Source of the DNA: an uncultured virus (IMG/VR IMGVR_UViG_3300034272_002197)
Taxonomy: Duplodnaviria; Heunggongvirae; Uroviricota; Caudoviricetes
IMG/VR virus record: IMGVR_UViG_3300034272_002197
Direction: 5' to 3' (one strand)
DNA length: 64,000 nucleotides
Shown here: piece by piece, positions 29,663 to 38,601 of the stretch
Position numbering within the stretch: the stretch's first letter is position 1
Layout of the letters: each line of letters starts with the position of its first letter
Notes under the pieces: generated by a model
The model's database searches: none
Seen by the model: the letters and a program-made list of their open reading frames with translations, nothing else
Told to the model about the DNA's origin: nothing
Position numbers and translations under genes: made by a program

Positions 29663-29932
29663 ATGTTTGATTTAAACACAAAACAAGGTAAGTTATTCCG
29701 TGCTCTCGTCCTTGACGGTGAGTCCCTGACTGCTAGCCAGATTGCTAAACGTTTTAGCATCAAAAACCCAACGGCTACCATCAGCGAAATTCGTCATGCA
29801 GGTTTTCCTGTATACGCCAATACCCGTAAAGCAGGTAACGGTGTTCGCGTAACCGAGTACCGCCATGGTAAAGCCAGCCGTAAAATCGTTGCAGCCGGCT
29901 ACAAAGCCATTGCAATGGGTCTAGTTGACTAA
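29663..29932 (+). CDS. helix-turn-helix DNA-binding protein
   Basis: LTASQIAKRFSIKNPTATISEIR..G; RBS; terminator 29954-29978. Confidence 0.75.
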   Translation: MFDLNTKQGKLFRALVLDGESLTASQIAKRFSIKNPTATISEIRHAGFPVYANTRKAGNGVRVTEYRHGKASRKIVAAGYKAIAMGLVD

Positions 29933-30002
29933 TTCTAGTTCAACTCGGTAGTAAAGGCAGCGCAATGCTGCCTTTTTTCTTAAACAAAATTTTGGAGTAG
30001 AC

Positions 30003-30242
30003 ATGAACAAAGAATTTGACATTGACATTGAAATGACTGCAACCATCACCGATACTGTTGCTACCAACATTATTGTGGCTGCAATAGAACGTCAGACTGG
30101 TAAACAAGTGTCCGATATTCAAGTTAAATATGACGGAACAAAGTTTGCAGGATTCTATATTTCATTTGATTCAAAAATTAAAACTAAACAAACATTTAAG
30201 CCTACCAAAGAATTTGTTCTCATGAACTTTGACGAAAATTAA
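30003..30242 (+). CDS. hypothetical protein
   Basis: GGAG RBS. Confidence 0.7.
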   Translation: MNKEFDIDIEMTATITDTVATNIIVAAIERQTGKQVSDIQVKYDGTKFAGFYISFDSKIKTKQTFKPTKEFVLMNFDEN

Positions 30243-30396
30243 CAAAAGTTTTTGTTACACTCGTAAAATTTTAGATTTTTTCTATTAGATCAATAAAAAA
30301 ATATTCGGCAAAAATCTATTAGAAATGCTTTGACAATAGGTCCTACTAGGATATATAATATAATGCATTGCAACATTTTTTATTAAGGAGAAATCA

Positions 30397-30930
30397 ATGA
30401 AAACAGTAGGACACAAAATTGAGAAGTTTGCAGTAACCGGAGTTAATCCAGGTAAAGATGATTTCTTTACCATCACCGACGAATCATTTGCCGGTAAGTG
30501 GAAAGTAATTGTTTACTATCCAAAAGATTTTACATTCGTATGCCCAACAGAGATCGTGGCATATGATAAGTTATTCTCGGACTTTGCTGACCGTGACGCA
30601 GTGTTACTAACAGGTAGCACAGACAATGAGTTCTGTAAACTGGCATGGCAAGCCGCACACGAAGATCTTAAGAAGATCCGACACATTCAATTTGCAGATA
30701 CTGCTCGCGATGAGAATAGTCTAATCAATCAGTTGGGTGTATTCTATGCACCGGCAGGTGCCGCACTACGTGCCACCTTCATCGTTGATCCAGACAATGT
30801 TATCCAACACGTCACAGTCAACAACCTGAACGTTGGTCGTAGCCCAGAAGAAACATTGCGTGTATTGGATGCGCTACAAACTGGCGAGCTGTGTGCATGT
30901 AATCGTACAGTCGGCGGCGAAACACTTTAA
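30397..30930 (+). CDS. ahpC: peroxiredoxin (alkyl hydroperoxide reductase C)
   Basis: YYPKDFTFVCPTEI, LRATFIVDP, GRS..E.LR..DALQ. Confidence 0.95.
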   Translation: MKTVGHKIEKFAVTGVNPGKDDFFTITDESFAGKWKVIVYYPKDFTFVCPTEIVAYDKLFSDFADRDAVLLTGSTDNEFCKLAWQAAHEDLKKIRHIQFADTARDENSLINQLGVFYAPAGAALRATFIVDPDNVIQHVTVNNLNVGRSPEETLRVLDALQTGELCACNRTVGGETL

Positions 30931-30944
30931 TTAGGGAACTGTAA

Positions 30945-31349
30945 ATGCTTGAATGTCTAATTGTTGGAGATAGTATTGCTGTTGGTGTAAGTCAAGTTCG
31001 TCCTGAATGTCAGGCCATTGCAAAAAGCGGTATTAATTCCGGTGACTGGAACAAACGGCATTTGCATAAACTAAAACCAACCAAGACACTGATTATCAGT
31101 TTGGGTGCAAATGACCTAGGTGTTAACACAGAAGGTCATGTTAGATCGTTGAGAACTAATGCTCAAGCTGATAGAGTGTTTTGGTTGCTGCCTAGTCAAC
31201 GGCTGAAGCCACGCCAAGTTGAGGCAGTTAAACTAGTAGCAGCAGAGTTTGGAGATACTGTAATTCCACGGCCTGAAAGTAATATCAGCAGCGACGGAGT
31301 GCATCCTACATATAAAGGTTATAAGATTTTAGGAGATCAAACACGATGA
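30945..31349 (+). CDS. SGNH/GDSL hydrolase-like protein
   Basis: GDSI, SLGAND, DGVHP. Confidence 0.8.
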   Translation: MLECLIVGDSIAVGVSQVRPECQAIAKSGINSGDWNKRHLHKLKPTKTLIISLGANDLGVNTEGHVRSLRTNAQADRVFWLLPSQRLKPRQVEAVKLVAAEFGDTVIPRPESNISSDGVHPTYKGYKILGDQTR

Positions 31350-31546
31350 ACTTTAGAGAATTATTTGACTATTTAAAGAGCAATCACTGTCCTACTTGTA
31401 AGGACAACAAATGAGCAAAGGTTCTAATCCGCGCCCGTATAGTGTAGATCAAAAGACTTTCGATTCAAATTGGGACGCAATTTTTAACAAGAAATCAGAA
31501 CCAGTGGTAGAAGAAAACAAAGATCAAAAAGAAAAGGAAAACAAAA

Positions 31547-32059
31547 ATGAGTTGGGTTGAACAAATTAAAGAAGGTCTGCCAGAATATGCCAAAGACACA
31601 AAACTTAACCTTGATAGCGTTATCAATCGGTCTACTCTTGATCCTATCGAAGCTAATGCCTGTGCTCTCGCAGCAGCAATGGCCACTGGTAACGGTAAGT
31701 TGGTTACTTTTATACAATCAAACATTACAGATGAAGTTGAGCGTGATGCAGCACTAACAGCATCAAGTTTGATGGGCATGAACAACGTATGGTATCCATA
31801 TGTGGAAATGGCAGAAGATGCAAATCTTAAAGGACTGCCTGCACAACTACGCATGAATGCTATAAGTACTCATGGTGGTACCACAAAGGAACGTTTTGAG
31901 GCGTACAGTCTTTGTGCCAGTATTGTGGGCAAGTGTCATTTTTGTGTAAAAGCACACTACGACAATCTTAAAAAAATGGGATACACAGTGGAACAACTAA
32001 GAGATATTGGAAGGATAGCGGCAGTAATAACGTCGGTGGCCAAAGTACTCAATAGTTAA
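31547..32059 (+). CDS. ahpD: alkyl hydroperoxidase D
   Basis: PEYAKDTKLN, MGMNNVWY, CHFCVKAH. Confidence 0.92.
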   Translation: MSWVEQIKEGLPEYAKDTKLNLDSVINRSTLDPIEANACALAAAMATGNGKLVTFIQSNITDEVERDAALTASSLMGMNNVWYPYVEMAEDANLKGLPAQLRMNAISTHGGTTKERFEAYSLCASIVGKCHFCVKAHYDNLKKMGYTVEQLRDIGRIAAVITSVAKVLNS

Positions 32060-32062
32060 ACC

Positions 32063-32083
32063 AGCCCCGAAAGGGGCTTTTTT
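32063..32083 (+). terminator. intrinsic terminator
   Basis: AGCCCC-GAAA-GGGGCTTTTTT. Confidence 0.8.
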
Positions 32084-32096
32084 ATGGAGAGATCAA

Positions 32097-32270
32097 TTGA
32101 CAGAAACACATAAAAGAACCATAGCAAGAACAGTAGGTTGGAGAATAATAGCAACGCTAATTATAGCAATATGGACTGGATTGTCGGGTGCTATTATAAT
32201 CAACATTGTGTTAACTGTGCTACATTATGTATATGAACGAGCCTGGCTCAAGATTGACTGGGGTCGCTAG
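32097..32270 (+). CDS. DUF2061-like small membrane protein (TTG start, not in ORF track)
   Basis: ETHKRTIARTVGWRII...HYVYERAW..I.WG. Confidence 0.7.
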   Translation: MTETHKRTIARTVGWRIIATLIIAIWTGLSGAIIINIVLTVLHYVYERAWLKIDWGR

Positions 32271-32383
32271 TGAATTTCACTAGCCTAAAATCATGACTGT
32301 ATGGATACAAACGCACCGCAATATCGCGTAAAATAATGATACATACTGTTGCAGTATGTTAATTTTAATCAAGGAGAAATAAC

Positions 32384-32458
32384 ATGGCATGGACTACACC
32401 AGCAGCACAAGATATGCGTTTTGGTTTTGAAATCACAATGTACATCGCTAATCGTTAA
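32384..32458 (+). CDS. pqqA: PQQ precursor peptide (not in ORF track)
   Basis: AAGGAG RBS; MAWTTPAAQDMRFGFEITMYIANR with the ExxxY core. Confidence 0.92.
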   Translation: MAWTTPAAQDMRFGFEITMYIANR

Positions 32459-32477
32459 TTTTTAATAAAATTAACAA

Positions 32478-32509
32478 AATAAAAAGCCCGTAAAAGGGCT
32501 TTTTTATTG
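32478..32509 (+). terminator. intrinsic terminator after pqqA
   Basis: AAAAAGCCC-GTAAAA-GGGCTTTTTT. Confidence 0.8.
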
Positions 32510-32587
32510 GACTAAATATCACAATAAGCGATTTTGCTTTTGTCCCAAAGTATAAATAAAATTATACATCAATTCCCAGGAGAACTC

Positions 32588-33562
32588 ATGAACAACCCCC
32601 GCAAAGTACGCTGGCTTATTGCACATCAACCACAAGATCTATTTGTGCGTACGGCCAACGCTTTTAAAGAAGAACTTGTCAAGCAAGGTCTTGATTCCAT
32701 TGAATTAGAAATTCTTACATATCCAGAATATTGCGAAAAATACGCACCCATTAACGGTCTAGAATTAATGAACGACTACAACGGAGAAAATTTTGGAAAA
32801 GGTTTTGAATCGTTTTGGAAAGCACTAGAAGATGGCGCCATTGAAATGAGTCAAACTCAAGTTACTCGAATTGGCGATCGTTATAGCGATTTTGATGCAA
32901 TTGATTTACCGTTTATTTTTGACAATCACGATCATGTTAGCCGTGTACTTGAAGGCGAAATTGGGCATGAGCTCTGTGCAGAACTAGGACGTCGTACGCC
33001 AGTCACTGGGCTAGCATTTACTTACTCAGGCGGGTATCGAGTAATTGGGTCCAATGATCCAATTAACAGTATCGAAGACTTGCAAGGTTTAAAAATTATT
33101 GTTGATAAACCATCAACGCTGGGCACAACAATTGAAAGCATGGGCGGGGAAGCTGTGGCTATTCCTCCGTATCTGTGGAAAAAATATGATGTACTCAATA
33201 GCGATCTTGGAGACGCAGTTGAAACAACTTATCTAAGATTCGAAGGCAAGCACATTTTAAAAACAAATCATTCCATGTTTATGACCACAATCTTGATTGG
33301 TAATAAGTTCTGGGCTACGTTGACTGCAACTGAGCAAGAGATATTCCGTCGTGCAGCATTCGAAGCAGCTCGTAAAGAACGTCAGTGGTCAATTGAAGAT
33401 GCAGAAAAATTTGAAGCTGATGCAAAACAAAATGGAGTAAGCATTGTTGATATCAGTGACGAAGATCGTAAAATTTTAAAGCACAAGTCTCAAATTGCCT
33501 ATTCTAAATTCAAGTATCATTTTAGCGATGGATTGATACAACGAATTAGAACTTTGCATTAA
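32588..33562 (+). CDS. TRAP transporter solute-binding protein (DctP-like), no obvious signal peptide
   Basis: DLPFIFD..DH, FTYSGGYR, EDLQGLKI; TATAAATA at 32551; AGGAG RBS. Confidence 0.8.
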   Translation: MNNPRKVRWLIAHQPQDLFVRTANAFKEELVKQGLDSIELEILTYPEYCEKYAPINGLELMNDYNGENFGKGFESFWKALEDGAIEMSQTQVTRIGDRYSDFDAIDLPFIFDNHDHVSRVLEGEIGHELCAELGRRTPVTGLAFTYSGGYRVIGSNDPINSIEDLQGLKIIVDKPSTLGTTIESMGGEAVAIPPYLWKKYDVLNSDLGDAVETTYLRFEGKHILKTNHSMFMTTILIGNKFWATLTATEQEIFRRAAFEAARKERQWSIEDAEKFEADAKQNGVSIVDISDEDRKILKHKSQIAYSKFKYHFSDGLIQRIRTLH

Positions 33563-33622
33563 ATAAAAAAAACAGCAACTGAGGTTGCTGTTTTGTTATG
33601 TGTCCAGTATAATTAAATTACT

Positions 33623-34717
33623 ATGACTATTCGAAAACGTGCAGTTATCTGCGTTGATAACCCCTGGGACATAATTCCCACACTCGACGATTACAGCCTA
33701 ATGATTGTTAATCCAGACAGTACACCGGAACGAATCAAATATCTATTAGATCATGCTGACTGGAGTGTATTGATCAATCGCGAAGGCCACCATGTTAGAG
33801 ATGGCGGCTTGTATCCTGAAAAAGTATTTTGGTACACTAGCGGCACAACTGGGGATAGTAAATTTTGCAGTTTTACTGCCGATCAGGTCAGCAACATGGC
33901 CGAACGAATTGTACAAAGTTATAATATCACTGCGGCTGATCGATACGTTAGTATAATGCCACTGTGGCATGCACACGGGCAAGGTTTCTATTGGGCTACT
34001 AAGTTAGCTGGATGTCAGGTATCTTTTCTAAATATTAAAAAAATAAAAGAATTAGAATCACGTGACCCAACATTTATAACTGCCATACCTGATGTTTTAA
34101 AATTAATCGAAAACATGAATCTGCCTTTGTTACGATTTATACGATCTGCCAGTTCTGCTATGCCCGATGATTTGTATAATCGACTTAAAAACAAATTCAA
34201 TGTACCTGTTATTGAAGCGTTTGGAATGACAGAAGCATTGAGTCATTGTTTTACCAATCCATTAAACGGAATTCAAAAGGTAGGCACTGTTGGAAAACCT
34301 GATGGTGTTGAAGCAAAGATTGACGATGGTCGCTTGCTAATTCGTGGCTATACTGTTTGTGCAGAGGATTGGTATGATACTGGTGATTTAGCCGATGTAG
34401 ATGAAGATGGCTATTATCGTATTTTAGGTAGATCTCGCGAGCAAATCAATGTGAGAGGAATCAAGGTCAATCCGTTGAGTTTAGAAAAACAATTAACTTC
34501 TGCTGTAAACAACCTAGGGCAATGTGTTGTATTCGGCCAAGAACGTGTTCGAGTAATTTACACAGGCGATTGTGATGCAAAAACTATCACAGAATTTTTA
34601 ACATCTTTGGGCAGTCATTGCAGACCAGATTTTGTCAAGCAAGTTGACGCTATTCCATTGTCGCCGGCAAATAAAATATCTAGAACCTGGTTATTAAAAC
34701 ACTACTCTAACGGATAA
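33623..34717 (+). CDS. AMP-binding (acyl-CoA synthetase-like) enzyme
   Basis: YTSGTTG..K, EAFGMTE, WYDTGDL, GR..EQIN..G.K. Confidence 0.9.
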   Translation: MTIRKRAVICVDNPWDIIPTLDDYSLMIVNPDSTPERIKYLLDHADWSVLINREGHHVRDGGLYPEKVFWYTSGTTGDSKFCSFTADQVSNMAERIVQSYNITAADRYVSIMPLWHAHGQGFYWATKLAGCQVSFLNIKKIKELESRDPTFITAIPDVLKLIENMNLPLLRFIRSASSAMPDDLYNRLKNKFNVPVIEAFGMTEALSHCFTNPLNGIQKVGTVGKPDGVEAKIDDGRLLIRGYTVCAEDWYDTGDLADVDEDGYYRILGRSREQINVRGIKVNPLSLEKQLTSAVNNLGQCVVFGQERVRVIYTGDCDAKTITEFLTSLGSHCRPDFVKQVDAIPLSPANKISRTWLLKHYSNG

Positions 34718-35856
34718 CAAGTGCGACAACCTTTAATTCCTCGGGTGTAATCATTTACATCATTTAACCAGTATTCCCCGACTCGTTGTATCATTTCTTT
34801 AATTCCGTTGGCAGCATTTTTAACTGCTTCGTTGGTTTCGGGATTCTGTGACCAAAACCAATTGTCTCTTTCTGATAACAAGAGATTTTGTGGCTTTGGT
34901 GCAACAACTAGATCCGAACGCCAACCAGGATAAATCAAACTATGGTAGATATCATTTTTTAGATAAAGTCCGTTATCAGCTCGTGGTAAATGAGCTCCTG
35001 ATACGTCAGACAACAACCCAGGTACCGTCTGTGCGGCTTTCATTACATTCATTAAGAGATGACTTTGTTTGGCAACAATAGATGCAGTATCCGGCGCCCA
35101 AAAAAACCATTCATCAAAGTAGCCAACTTTATCCATGCTCTGTAGTCTGAGATTGGTTTCGCTAAACACGTCAATAAAACAAGTGTTCCATGCACCATCA
35201 ATTTTTAGCAGTCTTGGTTTTTCGGCGCCCCAAAGAAAACACATACGTTTTCCACTGTCAATGATGGCTTTGTATTCATCCACATACTCTCTAATGTAAG
35301 ACCTGGCCAAACTGTTTGCAGACATGATGCCTTTGATATTGTAGATATAATCAAATTTCACATCAGGCCTGGTATAAATATCAGAAATAATTGAGCTTAT
35401 ATCAACAACACGATGCTTGGTGTCTGGATACTGTTCTAAGATTTCGTTGATGTGTGGCAGTGCGTTATAAAAGATTTCTTCGTTTAATACACTGTGCCGA
35501 TTTTTATCTGCTTCATAACTGACAAAATTGGCCACTTCGTCAACTCTGATGTCATTGGAAATAAAAGCATCTAACATACAGCGACTATCAGCACCACCAC
35601 TATACCATAAAACAACGTAGTCGTACGAATCACGTATACGCTGGGCACGTTCGCGATATAATTCTTGCAATGTATTTGTTGGTTCTAGTTTCCAATTGTA
35701 ATTTTTATATATGTGTTCATTAAAATGCCATTCCAAATGCTGCCCAGTGCGTCGCATTTCTTCAATGGCCAAAAGTTTGCTGTATGTTTTAAAATTGGGA
35801 CCAACGGTATAGAAACCAAATTGATCACCGGAGTATGCTAACACAGGTGATGACAT
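34702..35856 (-). CDS. PP-loop (adenine nucleotide alpha-hydrolase) family protein
   Basis: VLWYSGGADS motif. Confidence 0.7.
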   Translation of the reverse strand: MSSPVLAYSGDQFGFYTVGPNFKTYSKLLAIEEMRRTGQHLEWHFNEHIYKNYNWKLEPTNTLQELYRERAQRIRDSYDYVVLWYSGGADSRCMLDAFISNDIRVDEVANFVSYEADKNRHSVLNEEIFYNALPHINEILEQYPDTKHRVVDISSIISDIYTRPDVKFDYIYNIKGIMSANSLARSYIREYVDEYKAIIDSGKRMCFLWGAEKPRLLKIDGAWNTCFIDVFSETNLRLQSMDKVGYFDEWFFWAPDTASIVAKQSHLLMNVMKAAQTVPGLLSDVSGAHLPRADNGLYLKNDIYHSLIYPGWRSDLVVAPKPQNLLLSERDNWFWSQNPETNEAVKNAANGIKEMIQRVGEYWLNDVNDYTRGIKGCRTCYPLE

Positions 35857-35918
35857 ATATTGACAGTAGTTGAGTTTTATAGTATAGTTTATAACACAGA
35901 AAGATGCGAGTATTTATT

Positions 35919-36665
35919 ATGAATTTTAAACCTATTAAAGATCTATCAGGACAAACTGCTGTAATTACAGGAGCCAATGGCGGAATTGGTAGAGCCATTT
36001 GTCAAAGCCTTGCTGCCAGTGGGGCACGTATTATTGGTCTTGTGCGAAACAATATTGACGATTTTGAAATCTTTTTAGATACACTGCCAGGTCATGGGCA
36101 TTATGCAATCAAAACTGATGTCACAAAAACGGAAGAATTAATTCGCGCAAGAGATTCTGTAGATCAATGTGATATTCTAATCACCTCAGCAGGACATTCT
36201 AAACCAATACCACATTCAAATGTAGAATTTATCGATGATGAATTTTTTGAAGAAATTTTTATTTCGAATCTTAGATCGGTTTTTTCAACTATTAGAACTT
36301 TCAAACCATTGTTAGATAAAAGCAATAATGCATTGATAGTCAATATCAGTTCGGCTAGTACTCAACGTCCCGGGCATGGTAGCAATATTGCGTATGTCTC
36401 ATCAAAGGCCGGAGTAGAGGCCATGACAAAAAATCTTGCTCTAACATGGGCTCCAAAAATAAGAGTAGTATCTGTTTGTCCTAGTTCGATTAATACTGGG
36501 TTTTTATCCCATGGTGAAGAATTTTACGATCGCATGGCATCGCTGACTCCTTTGCAGCGAGTAGGAACACCCGAAGATATTGGAGCAGCAGTAGAAGCAA
36601 TTGCCACACGATTGCGTTTTACCACAGGCAATACATTTGTAATTGATGGCGGGCGTACCTTATGA
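35919..36665 (+). CDS. short-chain dehydrogenase/reductase
   Basis: TGANGGIG, NISS, YVSSK, DGG. Confidence 0.9.
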   Translation: MNFKPIKDLSGQTAVITGANGGIGRAICQSLAASGARIIGLVRNNIDDFEIFLDTLPGHGHYAIKTDVTKTEELIRARDSVDQCDILITSAGHSKPIPHSNVEFIDDEFFEEIFISNLRSVFSTIRTFKPLLDKSNNALIVNISSASTQRPGHGSNIAYVSSKAGVEAMTKNLALTWAPKIRVVSVCPSSINTGFLSHGEEFYDRMASLTPLQRVGTPEDIGAAVEAIATRLRFTTGNTFVIDGGRTL

Positions 36666-37522
36666 AAACTATTTTAACCTGTGCTATAACTGGCGCACAT
36701 ACTACCAAGAAAAGCAATCCCAACTTGCCCGTTACTCCCAAGGAGATTTCAGACTCTGCATTAGAATCTGCAGAAGCCGGCGCCAGTATTGTACATCTAC
36801 ATGTGAGAGATCCTGAAACAGCAGGACCTAGTATGAAGTTCGAGTACTACCAAGAAGTGGTAGAACGTATAAGATCGCAAAATTCAGATTTACTCATTAA
36901 CTTGACAACAGGACCAGGTGCTTCTGGACCGGCCGCAGCAGTTCGTACCGGAAGTGAATCGTTTCTTAGTCCAGAAGAAAGAGTGCGTCATGTTGTTGTC
37001 CTTAAACCAGAGATCTGTAGTTTGGATTTCAATACCATGAATCGAGGACCAGATCACATCACTGTTAATAGCGTTCCTGTAATACGAGAAATGGCCAAAC
37101 TTATACATCAGGCCGGTGTTAAACCCGAACTAGAAATATTCGACAGTGGCGACATGATGATAGCCAAGGATCTAATAGACCGAGGTGAAATCAAAGATAC
37201 TCCAATGGTACAAATAGCAACTGGTGTCAAATGGGGTTGGCCTAGCTGCCCAGAGACGCTTCAATATGCTCGAAGCATTTTACCCAGCAATACTGTTTGG
37301 TATGCATTTGGTGTAGGACGATGGCAAATGCCTTATGTAGCATTAAGTACTATCAATGGCGGACATGCCAGAGTAGGACTAGAAGATAATATTTTTGTCA
37401 GTCCCAGAGTACTTGCCCGTAGCAATGCCGAACTGGTCACTAAAGCAAAACGTATCATCGAGGATATAGGTGGACAGTTAGCAAATCCGCAAGAAACAAG
37501 AAACATGCTTGGTATAAGTTAG
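36662..37522 (+). CDS. beta-keto acid cleavage enzyme (BKACE/Kce, DUF849)
   Basis: ILTCAITGA, PVTP.EI, GASIVHLHVRD, KPELEIFD, RVGLEDN. Confidence 0.9.
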   Translation: MKTILTCAITGAHTTKKSNPNLPVTPKEISDSALESAEAGASIVHLHVRDPETAGPSMKFEYYQEVVERIRSQNSDLLINLTTGPGASGPAAAVRTGSESFLSPEERVRHVVVLKPEICSLDFNTMNRGPDHITVNSVPVIREMAKLIHQAGVKPELEIFDSGDMMIAKDLIDRGEIKDTPMVQIATGVKWGWPSCPETLQYARSILPSNTVWYAFGVGRWQMPYVALSTINGGHARVGLEDNIFVSPRVLARSNAELVTKAKRIIEDIGGQLANPQETRNMLGIS

Positions 37523-37562
37523 TTGCTAAAAAAACAATTGGAAATCATAAATAAAATGCAGG

Positions 37563-37591
37563 TTGACAACAAAGATAAATAAACATACAAT
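37563..37591 (+). promoter_or_regulatory. sigma70 promoter of the leader/tRNA region
   Basis: TTGACA-N17-TACAAT with an overlapping GATAAATA late-like box. Confidence 0.8.
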
Positions 37592-37598
37592 AGATACT

Positions 37599-37721
37599 AT
37601 GATGAACTCCGCACTATTACATAAAGCGTTTATATCACAACCCGAATGTGGGCTAACAGCCTACTGGGGTATGATTACACGTGATATTAGTAATCGTGGC
37701 CTGGGGGATTATAGAACCTAA
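37599..37721 (+). CDS. 40-aa leader peptide of a putative attenuator (not in ORF track)
   Basis: ATG at the predicted TSS; MMNSALLHKAFISQPECGLTAYWGMITRDISNRGLGDYRT*; 19 amino acids, 32 distinct codons. Confidence 0.7.
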   Translation: MMNSALLHKAFISQPECGLTAYWGMITRDISNRGLGDYRT

Positions 37722-37780
37722 GTGTAGTACAACTAAATTCTATAAAACCCCAGGACTAAACACCCTGGGGTTTTTGTTTT
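37700..37780 (+). terminator. attenuator: antiterminator (37700-37716/37738-37754) versus intrinsic terminator (37744-37754/37764-37774 plus U tract)
   Basis: 15/17 bp antiterminator and 11 bp terminator share the CCCCAGG strand. Confidence 0.8.
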
Positions 37781-37792
37781 ATAAAGGAAGAA

Positions 37793-37960
37793 ATGACAAA
37801 CGAACAAGACATACTGTCGTTTCAAAAAAAGTTAGAAGAACGTAATTTTGTTTTTAACGATCGGTTACTTGAAGAGTTAGTTAAAAGTAAATTAGAACGA
37901 TTGCGCGAGCAATCTGAACAAGCAGAAAAATTGCGTCGTCTAACAAAACGACACAAGTAA
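37793..37960 (+). CDS. 55-aa helical hypothetical protein, first gene after the attenuator
   Basis: AAGGAAG RBS; MTNEQDILSFQKKLEE... Confidence 0.6.
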   Translation: MTNEQDILSFQKKLEERNFVFNDRLLEELVKSKLERLREQSEQAEKLRRLTKRHK

Positions 37961-38212
37961 CGAGTGTGTAGCGGAACGAGGCTGCGGCAACACTATAACT
38001 TGCCAAACGGGCGGAGTCCTGGATGAAACTGTCGGCGAAAACGCAGGAGTAAAATAGGAATGATAAAGCACATTCGAACACATAATGGCGCTCGAGGCCA
38101 TGGGTCTGGTCTTCACGGGCACCCAAGAATGTGTTTTATCATACACTTTGGATGAACATGGCCTATTCCTTCTGACGGGATAGTGCGTTGCCTTGCAACA
38201 ACCAGAGTGTCT
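37961..38212 (+). ncRNA. unidentified structured RNA(s)
   Basis: GC-rich non-coding sequence; stems 38060-38075/38127-38142 and ACACTTTGG/CCAGAGTGT. Confidence 0.5.
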
Positions 38213-38214
38213 AT

Positions 38215-38306
38215 CCCCCGGTAGTTTAATGGTAAAACAGCGGATTTATATCCCGTGTGCAACAGATAATTGGCCAATGTGGGTTCGACTCCCGCCTGGG
38301 GGACCA
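38215..38306 (+). tRNA. tRNA-Ile(TAT) with long variable region
   Basis: acceptor CCCCCGG/CTGGGGG, T-arm GTGGG-TTCGACT-CCCGC, CCA; loop TT-TAT-AT. Confidence 0.7.
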
Positions 38307-38524
38307 AGTTAAAGGAGAAACCATCATGGGGCTGTGAGCGTACTGATATTAGTGGTTCTTATGTTGTTCTGGGTTGACAAAAATTTCAAATAGTAGTATA
38401 TTACATTTTTTAAAGGAGATCCTGTTATGGATAGTGACAAGAAGGGCTTGCTACGATATGGTTGGACATATCAAAACAAGCATAAACTAGCAGCATTGAT
38501 GTTCCAACTATATGGAATTCGAAT

Positions 38525-38601
38525 GGGTGCGTAACTCAACTGGTTAGAGTAATCGGCTTTTAACCGATAAGTTGTGAGTTCGAGTCTCACCGCACCCACC
38601 A
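38525..38601 (+). tRNA. tRNA-Lys(TTT)
   Basis: cloverleaf, ATCGG-CTTTTAA-CCGAT, CCA. Confidence 0.95.

Noticed and set aside
32297..32312. Possible LexA box CTGTATGGATACAAAC upstream of pqqA
   Set aside because: The right half lacks the required ACAG; only a half-site is present.
38017..38059. Hammerhead ribozyme
   Set aside because: It has CTGGATGA and GAAA but not the CUGANGA core with three correctly placed stems.
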